64,000 nt of DNA from Lama guanicoe (Eukaryota), in NCBI GenBank assembly GCA_013239625.1, contig MU054026.1:124001-188000 (forward strand). Direction: 5' to 3'. Every line of letters begins with the position of its first letter. The stretch's first letter is position 1. The translations under genes were made by a program, and so were the position numbers. Under the pieces are notes generated by a model. The model worked only from the letters and a program-made list of their open reading frames with translations, had not been told where the DNA came from and ran no database searches. This document shows, in pieces, positions 38,671 to 51,719 of the stretch.

Positions 38671-39769
38671 GCTTCCATCCACCTCCCTCCTTCACAGCTC
38701 TGTGACCTCGATTGTGGGGGGAGATCGGGGGGAGAGAATGGGGGAGGAAGAACCAACCCTACCCTCAGCTTGAATCTAGCCCAGCTCCATGCCTACTCTG
38801 CCATATGCCCTCTCCCATGGCTGATTCATCAAGGTGCCAACCAAGATGGTCTGTGGATGTGCACTTAACCCACAGTCCTCCTTCTCATGTTGGCCTTAGA
38901 AGGTCCCTGTATTCCATCTTCCACTTCATTCCTCCTTTCATGTCTACACCCAACTCCTTCCAGTATCTAGAAATGTCTGCACTTCTTGAAGGCTAGAATT
39001 AAGCCTATGAAGTTCTTTTAGTACCATCTCTAGATTGCTATATGGAAGTAAGCTTTATCAGACCTCCCTTGGCTAAATTACTCTACATTTTTGGCTGAGA
39101 ATCTTCCTTAGCCAGCAGTAGTATGCCTTGTCCACCATGTTAATAATAAATGCACAATATTAGCATTAGTGAAGCATGTATATGATAACCCATGGCAAAC
39201 ACTATGTACAGAAATAGGCAAAATCTACAAGGAAAATAAAAAACACAATGGAAATAGCGATGGAAAACAATACATAATCAGGTTTATTTTTAGCACTGTT
39301 TGAGATATTAGCCTGCAATGCAAATTTTTTGAAAAATTTATAATAAACCAGCATCATGTTAACAGTGACTTTGACAGGATAGGGCTTGAAGTTGGAGAAG
39401 GGGAAGTGGAAAGAATATTCAGTGAATCAGAGGTGATTTCCAGACCTTCTTCAAGTCACACGGTAAACACAGGATGCCTTTCCAAATATACAGCAGTCCT
39501 CACTCTGCTATGTCAAAGGAGATAATTGGATACAGTTTCAAGCTACCCTCAAATTTACTATTTATTTTAATCCCAGGTGCCTTTGAAGAACATACAGGTA
39601 AAGAAGAAGGATTTTATGTATAGTTACTCATAAAATACCTTTGATGATTCCTTCCAAATGCAAGACACTTTTCTGAAACATCTTTCAAATCCAAACATGT
39701 CCCACTTTCCCAAATTACCCAGGAATTATTCTTTTGTTGGCTCTTTCTTGATCATGTACATTAAAGGCA

Positions 39770-40560
39770 AAAAGATAAAACATGCTCTCAAGCATTGCAT
39801 AGCGGATAATTATATTTTTAAGGCGCTTCAGTTACATTATTTTAGCATCTGTGTAATTAAGCCGGAGTGTGATTCTCAATTAGCAGGTTTTCCTTTCGTC
39901 TCTTGGATGTAATATCTTCATGGATAGAAAAGTGTTTCCCCTCTTTGGGTAGCTATATTTATGGCCATTAAACCGGGAGAAGTGCGGTGCAGGCTTTAAT
40001 GGAGTAGTCCAGCCGCCGGGCAGTGAAGCCAAGGGGAGACATCCAAGATGCCATCAACCCCTGTTGAGTGCTGCAAAGTAATAACGCTTTCTGGGGAGAG
40101 ACTGACAGAAAATAGCAAAGGTGTGAAATGAAAGATGAGATTTGCTTTGGAGCTGGTCCAAATTTTGATACTCTTCTAACCTGCCTCTCCCCTGCAACGA
40201 GCTTTTCCCCATCTGTGGACGCCGGCCGAGCCAGCCATCGGTGTTATTCCCCCAAGAGCATCCCTGTGATTAAACACCTGTGGTGAGCAGAGCCTCTTGA
40301 GTCTCTGCCACATTTGACTGAAATTTCCTTCCTTCTGCCACGGCTGGAAGGAAATTTCAGTCAAATGTGGCAGAGACTAAAGTCTAAATTTCGATACCAA
40401 CCAAACGATCCGCCATGATTATGGGAAACATAACATTACATTTTGATCAGTTTGCATCCATTTGGTCTGATACCTGCGGTTTTTATTGGGGAATTACTGC
40501 CTTCCTGATACACACCAGAACTAATTAATCATTCTGAAGCAGCTGAAAAATTTGGAGATA
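39770..40560. promoter_or_regulatory. Conserved-non-coding-like block (candidate developmental enhancer)
   Basis: Unique sequence with retained CpGs and many homeodomain cores (TAATTA at 39807, 39853, 40522; CAATTAG; inverted CCATTAAA pair). Conservation not verified. Confidence 0.45.
40300..40378. repeat. Perfect 33-bp inverted repeat with 13-nt spacer
   Basis: agtctctgccacatttgactgaaatttccttcc (40300-40332) is the exact reverse complement of ggaaggaaatttcagtcaaatgtggcagagact (40346-40378). Confidence 0.97.
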
Positions 40561-43500
40561 GGGGCTTATGAGAAATGTTATACAGCATAGCATTCAGAGA
40601 GTTATTGTCCCCAATCTTATCAATAACTAAACCAATCATTATGAAGGGCAGGTGATTTTACTGCAGTTTCTTGCACACAGCTATAATATATTCTTTCTTG
40701 TTTTGGGGAAAGGAATACAGTGCTCAACAGTCTTGTAGCTTGAAATGAATAATGCTGTGTGAATTCTGAAATGGAAAAAATGAATCAGAAATTTATTCCA
40801 TTTCAGCTTGTTTTCAGGATTGATGCTTATAGCCCTCATTCTGTTATTGTGCTCTGGGAGGCGGCTTATTACAAATTTTTCCAAAGAATTTGGCACAGAA
40901 TTCTAATCTCTCAAGACATTTTATTTTTTAAAAATTCCATGGGAAAATAACTTTGATAAATGTGGAGATTCACATAGGATTTTGTATACTAAAAACAAGA
41001 AATTGAGAAGTCCAGTCAAACTGTAGTTAAGTCACTCTTTTAGAATTTATTTGGACCTCAGGGGAAAAAAAATGTATGTATATTTTTTTTAATTATTGGT
41101 TGAGTAATACCTTTAGGAAATCTCCTCTTGAATTCTATTAGGCATGAGATCTTTGGTGTCACAATTTTTTTCCTGATAAAGTCAAACATTTCTGAAAAAT
41201 AAAACAATCTGTATTCAATTTTTAACACTAATGTGGGCAATTATTTCTGGTCAACAGCCAAGTTGACCGGAAGTGGGAAGGTGGGTGTGGAGTGAGGTAT
41301 ACAGTCACCCTTGTGAGTTCCAAACAGAAGGAATTTGATCCAGGACCTAGCAGAGATACAGAGAAAGAATGGCAGCAGTCAAAAATTAATTCCCTTCGCT
41401 TCCCACTCCCATGGGGAAAGAGTTTCTGGAAAAAGAAGTAACAGAAACACAGACAAAATGTTCTCCATTAGACCCTCTACTTCCCCTCTGGACCTACCTT
41501 TCTGACACTGCTGTCTCCATGCCTCCCCTTCATTTATTCAGAAAGCAATTATTGAACACCTGCTGTATTCTAAACATTGTGCTTGGCACTTGAATGCAAA
41601 AGCAAATTAGGACAAGATCTCCTACCTTCAGTCAAGGGAGCAAAATAATGAAAATCCACAACTAAACTCTGTTCCATGTTTCCTAGGGTCCCGTCACCTT
41701 CCAGGAAATAAAATACTATTGGAGTAGCATTAACAGACAGCATTTCCTCCCTCTGTTTCTGCTTCTGGCCTGCCATCTATTTCAGAATCCCTAATTTTCT
41801 CCTCTTTTAAAACATTCATTCCATAATTTAAAAAAAAGAAGAAATGGAAATGATTTCTCCCAAGAATTGAGCATAAACCTGTTAAATTATGCACTCAGAT
41901 TAAAAGGACACTCAGCATTATTCCCATGATTACAGAAGATCTAAAGGGGACCAAGAAAATTGCTCAAAGATGTTGAATTTACTAATCCATGAGTGCATAC
42001 ATTTATTCAAAAGAGTTTTATGAAGTTCCCCCTTGTATAATCACAGGAACTCTGCATCCTCAGGGCTAAGGAGGACCTCAAGATTGGTGTCACCATTGCC
42101 TGGTCCTGAAGAGGCTTAGAGCAGAGAACTATGGGCAGATGGGCCAGTCCTCCTTAGTCATGAGCTTTTGCTCTTCCCACGAAACCAAGTTTGCCTGATT
42201 TTAATTATCAGCTCCAGTTTGTCTGGAGCATGAACACGATGAGTTTGAAATCATTTGGAAGCTTAATGTAAGAAGAATCCCCTAATAGGAGAAAGAGGCA
42301 GGCGAAGGAGTCCAAAAAGTAAACAGACATAGTCTTACAGACGGCGTGGATTTGGAACTCACCTTTAGTAAAAAAAAAAACATAGCAGACAGACTCGTTC
42401 TTTCAAACGCCTACTGTCTGCAATGTGTCTTGCAGGAGTCATGAGTGGCCTCAAGAAGTCTAACTCTGAATTCACAAAATTTAACTTCAGTTGGAGAGCT
42501 ATGAAAATAAACAGAGATAGAGACACAGAGAAAGAAACAAATACCCTCGCTCAGCACTCAGGGTGCAGACTGGAGTCAGGCTGACCCGACCCCAGGAACG
42601 CAGAGGAGGAAGAGACTCCCTGGGGATCGGAGGGGGTCACAGGAAGTGGTGGTGGGATTTAAGCTGGAACTTGAGAAATAAAGCCTACTGAGAAAAGAAA
42701 TTGCAGCATTTGACTCAGAGTGTTTGACTAGCCCTAACAACATTGCTACAGGGATTTGCATTTCTAGACTATAAGTCACTGTAGGATTTCCAAGGAGCAG
42801 TGAAAATTCTTGGGAGCTTTACAGACTCTGGAAACCAGAGCCACCGTTATCCCCACTTCAGAAGCAGTAAAGTGAACCCCCAGGAAAGTCACTTTTATTT
42901 GTTTCCCTTATTGATCAGGACTGGTCTTGCTGGAAATAAAAGCTGGGTAACTTCAACCCCAGCTTCCTCACAGTCCCCACGAAAGTGCTTGACCAGGTGT
43001 CCTGGCAAATTAAATTAAAAAGGATGGAGAGAGAAAGGACCAACTGACCAACTGGAGAGCAAATTTAGCTCCCCCCTCCCTCTCTCTCTCTCTGCCTCCT
43101 CTTCTCTTTTGTTCAATGTTAGCAGTTTTTATCTCCAAAGAAATTTCATTTCCCTTTAAGAGTAGCCACAAAATTAGTGCTAATTTTCTGCAAGGAAACT
43201 ACTCTTTGAAATACATCATACACCATTTTCTTCCCTCACCCAACCCCACTTTTGTAAATGCTGGCAATGCGTTGGCTGTGAACATGTAAGTATAGTTGCT
43301 TTTGAATGCTGCAAGGTAAATGTAGAAAATGACAGCTTAAATGGAATCATTAAAGCAGATGTAGGTAATATCTGAATGCTACGAAGCCTTCTTTGCAAGG
43401 CAATAAAGTCTTTATTTGCAGCTCTGACGCCTTGCACCTTTTCAGGGAAGCTGACAACCTATCATTTCTTACTGTTTTTCCCCCCGTTTCCAGCATGAAC

Positions 43501-44009
43501 TCGGGGGCCTCGTTTCTCTCTTAAGTTATAACCTGTTGATTGGTAGAAAAAGGGGAGAAATGTACACAGTTCCACCCTAAATGGTTGTTTCCTGGCAGTG
43601 CAGCAGTGAGCTCTGTCAGCTCATTCAAAGACATGAAGTGTGAGAAAGTCACCGCAAAATTGCTACCTGTCCATGTGCTGGGTGAACCGCAAAGCACAAG
43701 CTTCAGAGGAGGGCTGGGCCAGACCCAAGGGACCACATCCTGGCTTTAGAGACTGGCCATCTGAAGGAATCTTAGCAATATTGTGCATTCTTTAAGTTTA
43801 TATTTTTCAATACAGTTTCACTGTACTCTCCGAGTTTTCTCTGGAAGAAGGAAGTTGGACGTTTTACCACCAATAAGGATAGAGAAATGGAAAGTTATAG
43901 ATATTAATGTTCAGCAATACAATAAAAATGGTTTACTGCAGTGCTAGATATTCAGAACATGGTATGGGGTTTTGGTTTTTTTCTGTTTCTGTTTTGAACT
44001 TTATCAAAC

Positions 44010-44220
44010 CCTTATGTAACACTATGTGCCAGGTGCTTCCTAAATTCTTTTCCAAATATTAGCTTATTTAAACAGTATAACAACTCCCTAAGAGCATACT
44101 ATTATTACCTCTCATTTTATAAATGAGGGAACTGAGGCCCAACCTCATGGAGGTGGATGCAATGGTGGAGTTAGGATTTAAATCCAGACCCTCTGTCTCC
44201 AGAGTCCATGCTCATAACAC
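44010..44220 (-). mobile_element. MIR SINE
   Basis: cactatgtgccaggtgct...ctcattttataaatgaggaactgaggccc-like core...ggatttaaatccaga...ctccagagtccatgctc. Confidence 0.85.
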
Positions 44221-44391
44221 TTTCACTTTGTGTCTTTCAATACACGGGGTGGGGGGGGCATATATTACAAATAAACGAGGAATAAACCAGCTCATCCACT
44301 CACCCAATCCATCACCGAACAAACCTTTATTGAGAAAGCCCTACTAGCAAAGGGCTGTATTCAGTGTTGAGGCATCCAAAGAAATACGACG

Positions 44392-44764
44392 AATAAATCC
44401 TCATTCTTCATGCATTTCACTATTGCAAATTTATTTGCAACCCCCAAAGCAGAACTTACAGGCTTTCAGGCCATTTGCAGACATTCATAAACATGTATGC
44501 CCAAAGTGGGGAAAGATTTAAGGCTCCAACTCATATTTCCCAGCTGAGGTCAAATGAAACAATGCTCTTGCATCTTGGTTCAGCCCTTGTACAGAGATGA
44601 CCAGAGGATGGTGACACAACTCTGATCTGTTAGTGGAGTGGCTTCAGACAAGTCCCTCAACATTTCTGATACATTTCGCCTAGGAACAATGGTTTGGTGT
44701 TTGCTAATTCAGTGTTTGGGTGACTTTATAGAATATAAACACCCCATATAAACAGAATCTGCTG
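44392..44764 (-). mobile_element. MER82-like TcMar-Tigger element
   Basis: Reverse complement begins cagcagattctg...ttctataaagtcacccaaacactgaattagcaaacaccaaaccattgttcctagg as in recalled MER82; TA follows at 44765-44766. Confidence 0.75.
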
Positions 44765-47700
44765 TATGTCTCCTGCATTCAAAGATCTTACATCCTAGAT
44801 GAGAGGAAAAGGCAAAGATAAAACAGAAGATCATTTAGGTAACCAGGAAGATGTGCAGTACGGAAAAAGAGCAAAATTATCAAGTGTCACTCTTTTGAAG
44901 ACCAAAGTTGGTGAGCTGGAACGGTCAGTGTGGTCTTCAGGGAGAAGATGGAATTTGGGGACTTGAAGCAACCAAAGCACAGCTAGAAGGATCCTGGAAA
45001 ATGTCTCTGGCCTCTGTTTTATTTCATCCCTTTGCCTTGTATTAACAATGTAACGAGACCTCCGTAGATGGTAGCTATCACACGATTGGCTAAATTAATT
45101 GAAAACTTGTAGAAATGTTAAAATTTCTATCACATTTAATGATGATGCAAGTGTTGCTTTGAATTTTTATTTGGAATGACTCAGTTGTCAAAGAAGTGAA
45201 CCACCCGGGCATATGTGTTGGTAACTTGTAAAAAAAATCAGATATACCTTCAAAACCTTCAGTAAAAGGCAGTTATGCTTCTCATCTTCAAGGCAGCTGG
45301 TCTCTGAGTTTTGGGGACTGCAACCATGGGGATGCACAGGGACAAATGCTTGCTCTCTGTCCCTTGCCCACAAGATGATCCAGGGCCTTAGGAGAATCTG
45401 GAGATTGCAAGAGAGGCCTCTCTAGTCCCGTTACTTTGTTTTGACTGATGACAGCTACCATCAGTTGTAGAGTATGTCTTTCAACTAGGTCCCTCCCTTC
45501 TCTCACCCACTTAGCTAAGAGATAGTGAAAAGTATAAATAAAAACAAATGTGTATTTTTGATACAGAAATACATTTAACAATATTTGCTTGTCCTTGCTG
45601 CTAGGTATGACCAGTTATAAAAAAAAAGGCACATTTGAGTATTGCTGTTGGCCCCATAATCTATGTGATAATCCTTGGGCATTTATGCACACAGAAAAAT
45701 GGGCAGGATATCCTAGATCGGAGGACTAGACTGGGCACACTTGGGAGAATTGGCAAGTTGGAGTCAAATGAAATGTAACAAGTGAAAACTTGAAATTGAT
45801 GTGTTCTGAGTTTGATGAGACAGGAAGTAATACATGAAGAGGGAATGAGCTTGGGAGAATAAGGCCTTGTGAAAGGTTTGTGGGGCCTGTATCAGTTTTA
45901 AAGATGGGTGTAATTATTGTACCAAATCGAAAATGATTTGCAGTTACTGTGAGGATTTGGCCATTACTGTGAGGATTTGGCCATATCTGCCCCAGATAGG
46001 ATATTAGCTTCTAAGTTATTAACTTCTCAGTTTATAATCATTTATTACTCTTCATCTTTTTTTTTTTTTGAAACATATGGAATGCTTGGATATGACTAGT
46101 CCACTAAAGAAACGGTCATGACATTGATGATTCAAAATACTCCCTAAATCACAATGCCATGAGTATTTCAAGCAAGAAACACACACAAACACATACACAA
46201 ATAAAGGAAGAAAGAGAATGAGAGATGATGTGCATGTGTGTGTAGGCACGCATGGGTGCCCCCATGACGGTCATCTAATTGTTTCAATTCTTCAATCAGT
46301 TGGTTAACAGAAGTCTTTTTTTAGTACACTGCTATTGCGTACATAAAAAAAATGTGCATTAGGATATTGTCCTGACTGAGTAATCAAAATAGAAAGTGAG
46401 GTGATCTACTGGTGAAACAACATTATGCTCAAAACAACAAATCAGAATCACAGTGCAATTACTGTTTTTCAGACCGTGTACTGCCGGCCCACTCGCCAGC
46501 AGCCAGCCGACAGCACCACACCATTATCTGCCCCACTCACTCAGCGGCAAGGTGTAGCATCATGTCGTACAGTTCTGGAGACTAAACCAATTAAGGTACA
46601 ATTTAAACAAGGCATTCTTAAATATTACCCCTTGGTGGCATTGACACTTCTAAATAATAAAAACTATAGAATAAGCCTTCCAAAAATAGGTAATCCATCT
46701 TCAGAGAAGAGGTTCCATGGAGCGACTTCTGCATTATGAATAAATATACGTAATCAAAACAGTTGCTCGGCTCAAATCTCTCTCGTGCTCATTTGATACA
46801 CCTGTCCATGCCATATCCATTTTCATATAAACAACACAATAATATAACATCTGCATTGCTAAATAACACTACTGTGTTCTAATTTCTTTGGAATGGCATG
46901 AATAAAAACTTTCTACTCCTGTTTATTAGAATTTATTGGTGACAACCCTTTGCAACGGAGTAGAAGATATAATTAATTCTGGTACAATCCTGAGTTGGCT
47001 ATAGCAACTCAACAGGGTTTACTTTTGACTTCCAAAGATCCATCACTTGATAACACAGAGGGAGGCAGCGGGAGGAGGCTGTATGCTTCCATAACTTCAC
47101 TCTAAACTGCTACCATGGTACCCCCCGCAGCTAATGTTATACACACACACTGTCATCTCTGTAATACAATTGTACTTTTCTTTATTTCATGTAGATTTTT
47201 GGATACAATGTTCTATAGGGAAGGGAACAAAAAAAAACAGTGTTTCAAGGTTTGGGTAGGAATTTTACTAAAGCAAACACTCAGAAATCTCTCTCATCAT
47301 GAGGGTCTGCCACGTGTTCTTAGTCCATTCAGATCTCTCTGTTCAGGACATCTGTTAGTTTGGGGTACGGATGATTTTGCCGTCACGTGAAATGAAGATT
47401 AATGCATCATTTCAGTAATTCCCTCGCACAGGCTGCTTATATATGCACAACTCTCATCAACAGAGGAAATAGTCTAGTTATGTGAAAGGTAGAGTATCCA
47501 ATGCAACTTTAGCTTGTCTTGCTGATGAATGGGGTTACTGGGAAGGAGGAAGAAGCAAAGAGGGAAGTTGTTATCCTGGGCTTAATTCTGACCAATGAGA
47601 ACAGTAAGCTAATAATTTAGAAATAAGATGGAAGAGAAAATGATCATGTCAGCCTAGAATTCAAGACACTGAAGACAGGAACACTAAGAGATATATACTG

Positions 47701-48463
47701 GGGGAGGGGGATGGGATTCAATGTCAGGGAAAATAGAGATACAGGGTCCTGATGAGTGTTTTTTAAAAGGAAGAAGCTCACGAGAAGTGGGAGGGTCTTT
47801 AAATTGCAATTTCCTGTGTCTTTGAAAAGTATCTCAATTTTAAAGGTGGGCAAGAGGTAACATCTAAGAAAACGGTGTAGCGGTGATGATGCCTCTGAGA
47901 AGGACAAATTACCAAAGGGAAGAAAGGGCATATTTCAACTCTAAAAATAGCGCTCAAAGAACAAAATGGGCTGGCTTAGAAAGTGCAGAGGGAAGAGAGG
48001 AGAAGTGGTCTGTGTTATCTGAAGGTTTCTTTCAACTTGAAGATCCTGTTCTTCTAAGTTATATGGAAGTAGATTTTCATTCAACATTTAAGAAGTGTTT
48101 TTAGACAGTGATGGTAAACAATAGCTTACATATTGGAATGGTGCCTCATAATTTACATATTTTTTTGATGTGCATTGTCAGTTCTCACCACAGTCATGAG
48201 AGATCATGATCTTCAATTTATCAATGAGTGGACTGAGCCCTGCAGAGGTTAGTCTATGGTCCTAGGGTACTACATTTGCAAGACTGAGTACAAGAGTATA
48301 GATGGAGACTGACATACCTCATGCCTAAGTATTTAAAAGTTAAAAATTAAGCAACAAACAATTAAATATGTCCCAGCCTCCTATATTGGAAAATATATCT
48401 TAAAACCATAATATCAAAAAATATACTGTTTTTAAACTAAAATCTGGCCAAAAAAAAAAAATA

Positions 48464-48615
48464 GGGAGGCGGGGTATAGCTCAAGGTTAGAGTGCATGCT
48501 TAGCATGCACGAGGTCCTGGGTTCAATCCCCTGTTCCTCCATTAAAAATAAATACACAAATAAAAATAAATAAATAAATAAACTTAACCTCCCCCCCCAA
48601 AAAAACTAAAATAAA
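48464..48615 (+). mobile_element. tRNA-Ala(AGC)-derived SINE, camelid vic-1-like
   Basis: ggggtatagctcaaggttagagtgcatgcttagcatgcacgaggtcctgggttcaatcccc, then (AAAT)n, C-run and A tail; TSD-like aaaatctggccaaaa / aaaatttggcaaaaa. Confidence 0.88.
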
Positions 48616-48719
48616 AAAATTTGGCAAAAACAAAAGGTGACATAATTAAATTAATAATTACTATTGCAGGTCTAAATGTTCCGTAGACAAACCTGTGATA
48701 TTTAAAACTGCATTCATAA

Positions 48720-49362
48720 GACTAGGAATGGACTTACCATATGACCCAGGAATCCTGCTCCTGGGCATATATCCAGAAGGAACCCTATTTCCAAATGGCA
48801 CCTGCACCCCAATGTTCATAGCAGCACTATTTGCAATAGCCAAGACATGGAAACAGCTAAATGTCCATCAACAGATGATTGGATAAAGAAGATGTGGTAT
48901 ATTTATACAACGGAATACTATTCAGCCATTAAAAATGACAACATAACGCCATTTGCAGCAACATGGATGCTCCTGGAGAATGTCATTCTAAGTGAAGTAA
49001 GCCAGAAAGAGAAAGAAAAATACCATATGAGATCACTTATATGTGGAATATAAAACAAAACAAACAAAACATAAATCCAAAACAAAAAGCAGACTCATAG
49101 ACATAGAATACAAACTTGTGGTTGCCAAGGGGGCGGGGGGTGGGAAGGAACAGACTGGGATTTCAGAATGTAGAATAGATAAACAAGATTATACTGTATA
49201 GCATACTGTAGAGGGAAATATATACAAGATCTTGTGGTAGCTCACAGAGAAAAAAATGTGACAATGATTATATGTATGTTCATGTATAACTGAAAAATTG
49301 TGTTCTACACTGGAATTTGACACAACATTGTAAAATGATTATAAATCAATTAAAAAAGGTTT
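48720..49362 (+). mobile_element. 5'-truncated young LINE-1 (ORF2 C-terminus + 3'UTR)
   Basis: Translates DLPYDPGILLLGIYP..TCTPMFIAALFAIAKTW / CPSTDDWIKKMWYIYTTEYYSAIK..ILSEVSQKEKEKYHM. TSD aaaactgcattcataa (48704-48719) / aaaaatgcattcataa (49363-49378). Confidence 0.96.
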
Positions 49363-50870
49363 AAAAATGCATTCATAATTCGTAAGTAATTTATTTATCC
49401 CACAAAATGTATTTTTTCTTCATTTTAATGAAATAGTAATTATGCTGTTACAAAATTTTCACATTGTTTGGATTGTATTGAATATAACAATCGATAATTT
49501 TTATTGTAGCTGTATATTCAAAGTATATATACTTAATGTATTTTGATAAAATGTAAATTAATGAATATAAACATTTTACTATTTTATACATGTTTTTAGA
49601 CATATTGTCTTCTGAAGTATTCAAAGTAAAAAGTAAAATATCAATTATAATTAGTTAACAAAATTTTTGAAATTATTATTTTTATAAACTCAACTATTTA
49701 ACAATCTGAAAACATAATAGGATATTATTAATCTTTTTTTAAAATAAAAATATTCATCATACTAGCATTCAATATCTAATTGTCCATGTAAAGAATCAGT
49801 ATCACTCTTCATGTATGTTACACCTAGCTAAAACTACATACATACAAATTTGAAAATAATACAAATTGTTTAATGTTGCAAAAACTCCCCAGTCACCACG
49901 GCAGTTTGGGGGGACTCCAGAATCATGAAATAGAATCTGAAGGACAACGGAAAACGGAGCCCACCTCTAGGGCAGAAATTGAGGGGTCCCCAGCCCACCC
50001 CACCTTCTGAAAGAAAAGACGTGCCATGCTAATTCATTTGTCTTTTATCTTAACTGCATCCTTTCTCCACTCAAATCCTTCCCATCCTCCAAGGCACTAT
50101 CTGCCCCTGGCCTCTACCGTGTTCAGCCTACAAGCCTTCACGGCCCTCAGACACCCATGCTTTGTGTTCTGAGGTTGTGGGGGAAGAAGGGAGGGGGTAA
50201 ACGTTTCCTGGGGCCTGAATTGTGCAAGTCCTGAGAGGAGATACTGAGTCACGGGTCACGCTGCACCAGCCCTAAGTACCTGACCCCAAGAGATCAGAGG
50301 CACGTGAGCACATTTAAATTTAATTTATCATATTTCCACGTGCCTGTGTTTAGTAGGACCCTCTTAAGCATGTGGCCCGGGGCCCCATTTTCCCTGCCTG
50401 AGAGTGGGAGAGTCGACTGAACCAGAAGGTAATCTAAGAGATGCCCTTTCAGGGGACCACGGCCATCTTCAGAGGTGGGGAGATCCCTGTGAATAAAGAC
50501 ACCACAGCAGAGACTTCATTTTAAAAATCCTCAGAAGCAGTAAAGTGATTTCTAATTTCGGTTAAAAGATATGATGCCTAATGTCTCTCGGGATGCTATA
50601 ATCCAGGAATCGTTTTTAAATGTTTCTATCCCATCATCGGAGTATATATGCTTATTTAACTTAACACTGAAGGGTAATTTGGAGTAAAATTCTACCCAAT
50701 CAATTCGGTGATCAGCTACAAGCTAGCCTAACAGTGGAAATAAGAAAATCTCCTGTTTCCGTGGACCCTGTGCAGCTTATGCAGAGGGATGAAGAACTAA
50801 TTTTTAATGTCAGACGTCTGAATTAGGTCCTGTGTTAGGGAGAGGCTCTTCTAACCTCCTATCCTTTCTC

Positions 50871-50884
50871 CAGCTAGATGGCAG
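50871..50884 (+). promoter_or_regulatory. CTCF-like motif
   Basis: cagctagatggcag is a good fit to the CTCF core. Confidence 0.45.
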
Positions 50885-51719
50885 TTCTTCTGAGACGGAA
50901 GCAGACTAAGCTCCTGCACCTGCTGGACCATCGCTTACACGGATCCAGGCACTTTCACCGGGCACTCGACTTGTCAGAGTAGGAAGACGACTGAGTCGTT
51001 TAGAAAGATTTTCAAGTATTGAAGCAAAATAGTTTTATTACTCTCGGTTACCCGGAATACAAATCCAGACAAAATTCTTTTCCAACCTCTACTGCGAAGC
51101 CGAAAGGAACAGACGCGGTACAGTGAGAGCAGCAGGTGGATCTCTGCCTCTGCATTTCCTCCTCTGTAAAAGGAGGGGATGACAGAGCCAGGAGACGGGC
51201 ACTAACAGATCCAGAGGCGATGCTCACACTGCACGTGTGTTAATAGTGCCTGGAAGGGTGCAGGGCACACCTATCGGGGGTGGCTGTACTCAGCCGCCTT
51301 GAATAGTTCCTACCACGTGGAGTTAATCCACCTAAGGCACTTAGACCAGAGCCTGGCACCTGGTGAACACTCAGCGAGTATAAATTATTGTTACAGTAGA
51401 CTTGGTAAGACAACGGTGAGAAGGAGAAAGCCAAGAACAGCAAGCAAAGCAGACAAATAAAAACAGAATCACTGTTCTGACGATGTCAAGAGAAAAAAAA
51501 AAAAAGAAAGCTGCTAATTGCCTCTCTAATCTGATCAGCATCCCATGATCAGCTTAGAAAAAGGAGTATGTGCTCCGCTATGAATTAGCCACACCCCCCT
51601 CTTAGGATCCAGAGATGCAAACCACTAGGGAGAACGGGAGAGCCTCCTGCTCGAGGGGCAAATCAAACAACCAAATAGTGAAGCTTCTTTTTTAAGTTTA
51701 GGGCTGGCAGTGGCCCAGC

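Larger units (their letters stand above)
48265..50405 (+). mobile_element. hAT-Tip100 DNA transposon relic (Zaphod/MER115-like) hosting SINE and L1 insertions
   Basis: 5' end catttgcaagactgagtacaagagtatagatggagactgacatacc...aagtatttaaaagtta resembles recalled MER115/Zaphod; AT-rich middle; GC-rich 3' end ggcccggggccc. Confidence 0.55.

Noticed and set aside
46473..46551. Exon-like GC-rich segment after tttttcag
   Set aside because: The donor (AAG|gtgtag) is poor and the peptide is unrecognised; better treated as part of a non-coding block.
48470..48541. Possible tRNA-Ala gene
   Set aside because: The acceptor stem and D arm are degenerate, and it is followed by the SINE AT-rich/C-run tail and TSD-like flanks; same layout as the copy at 10921-11050.
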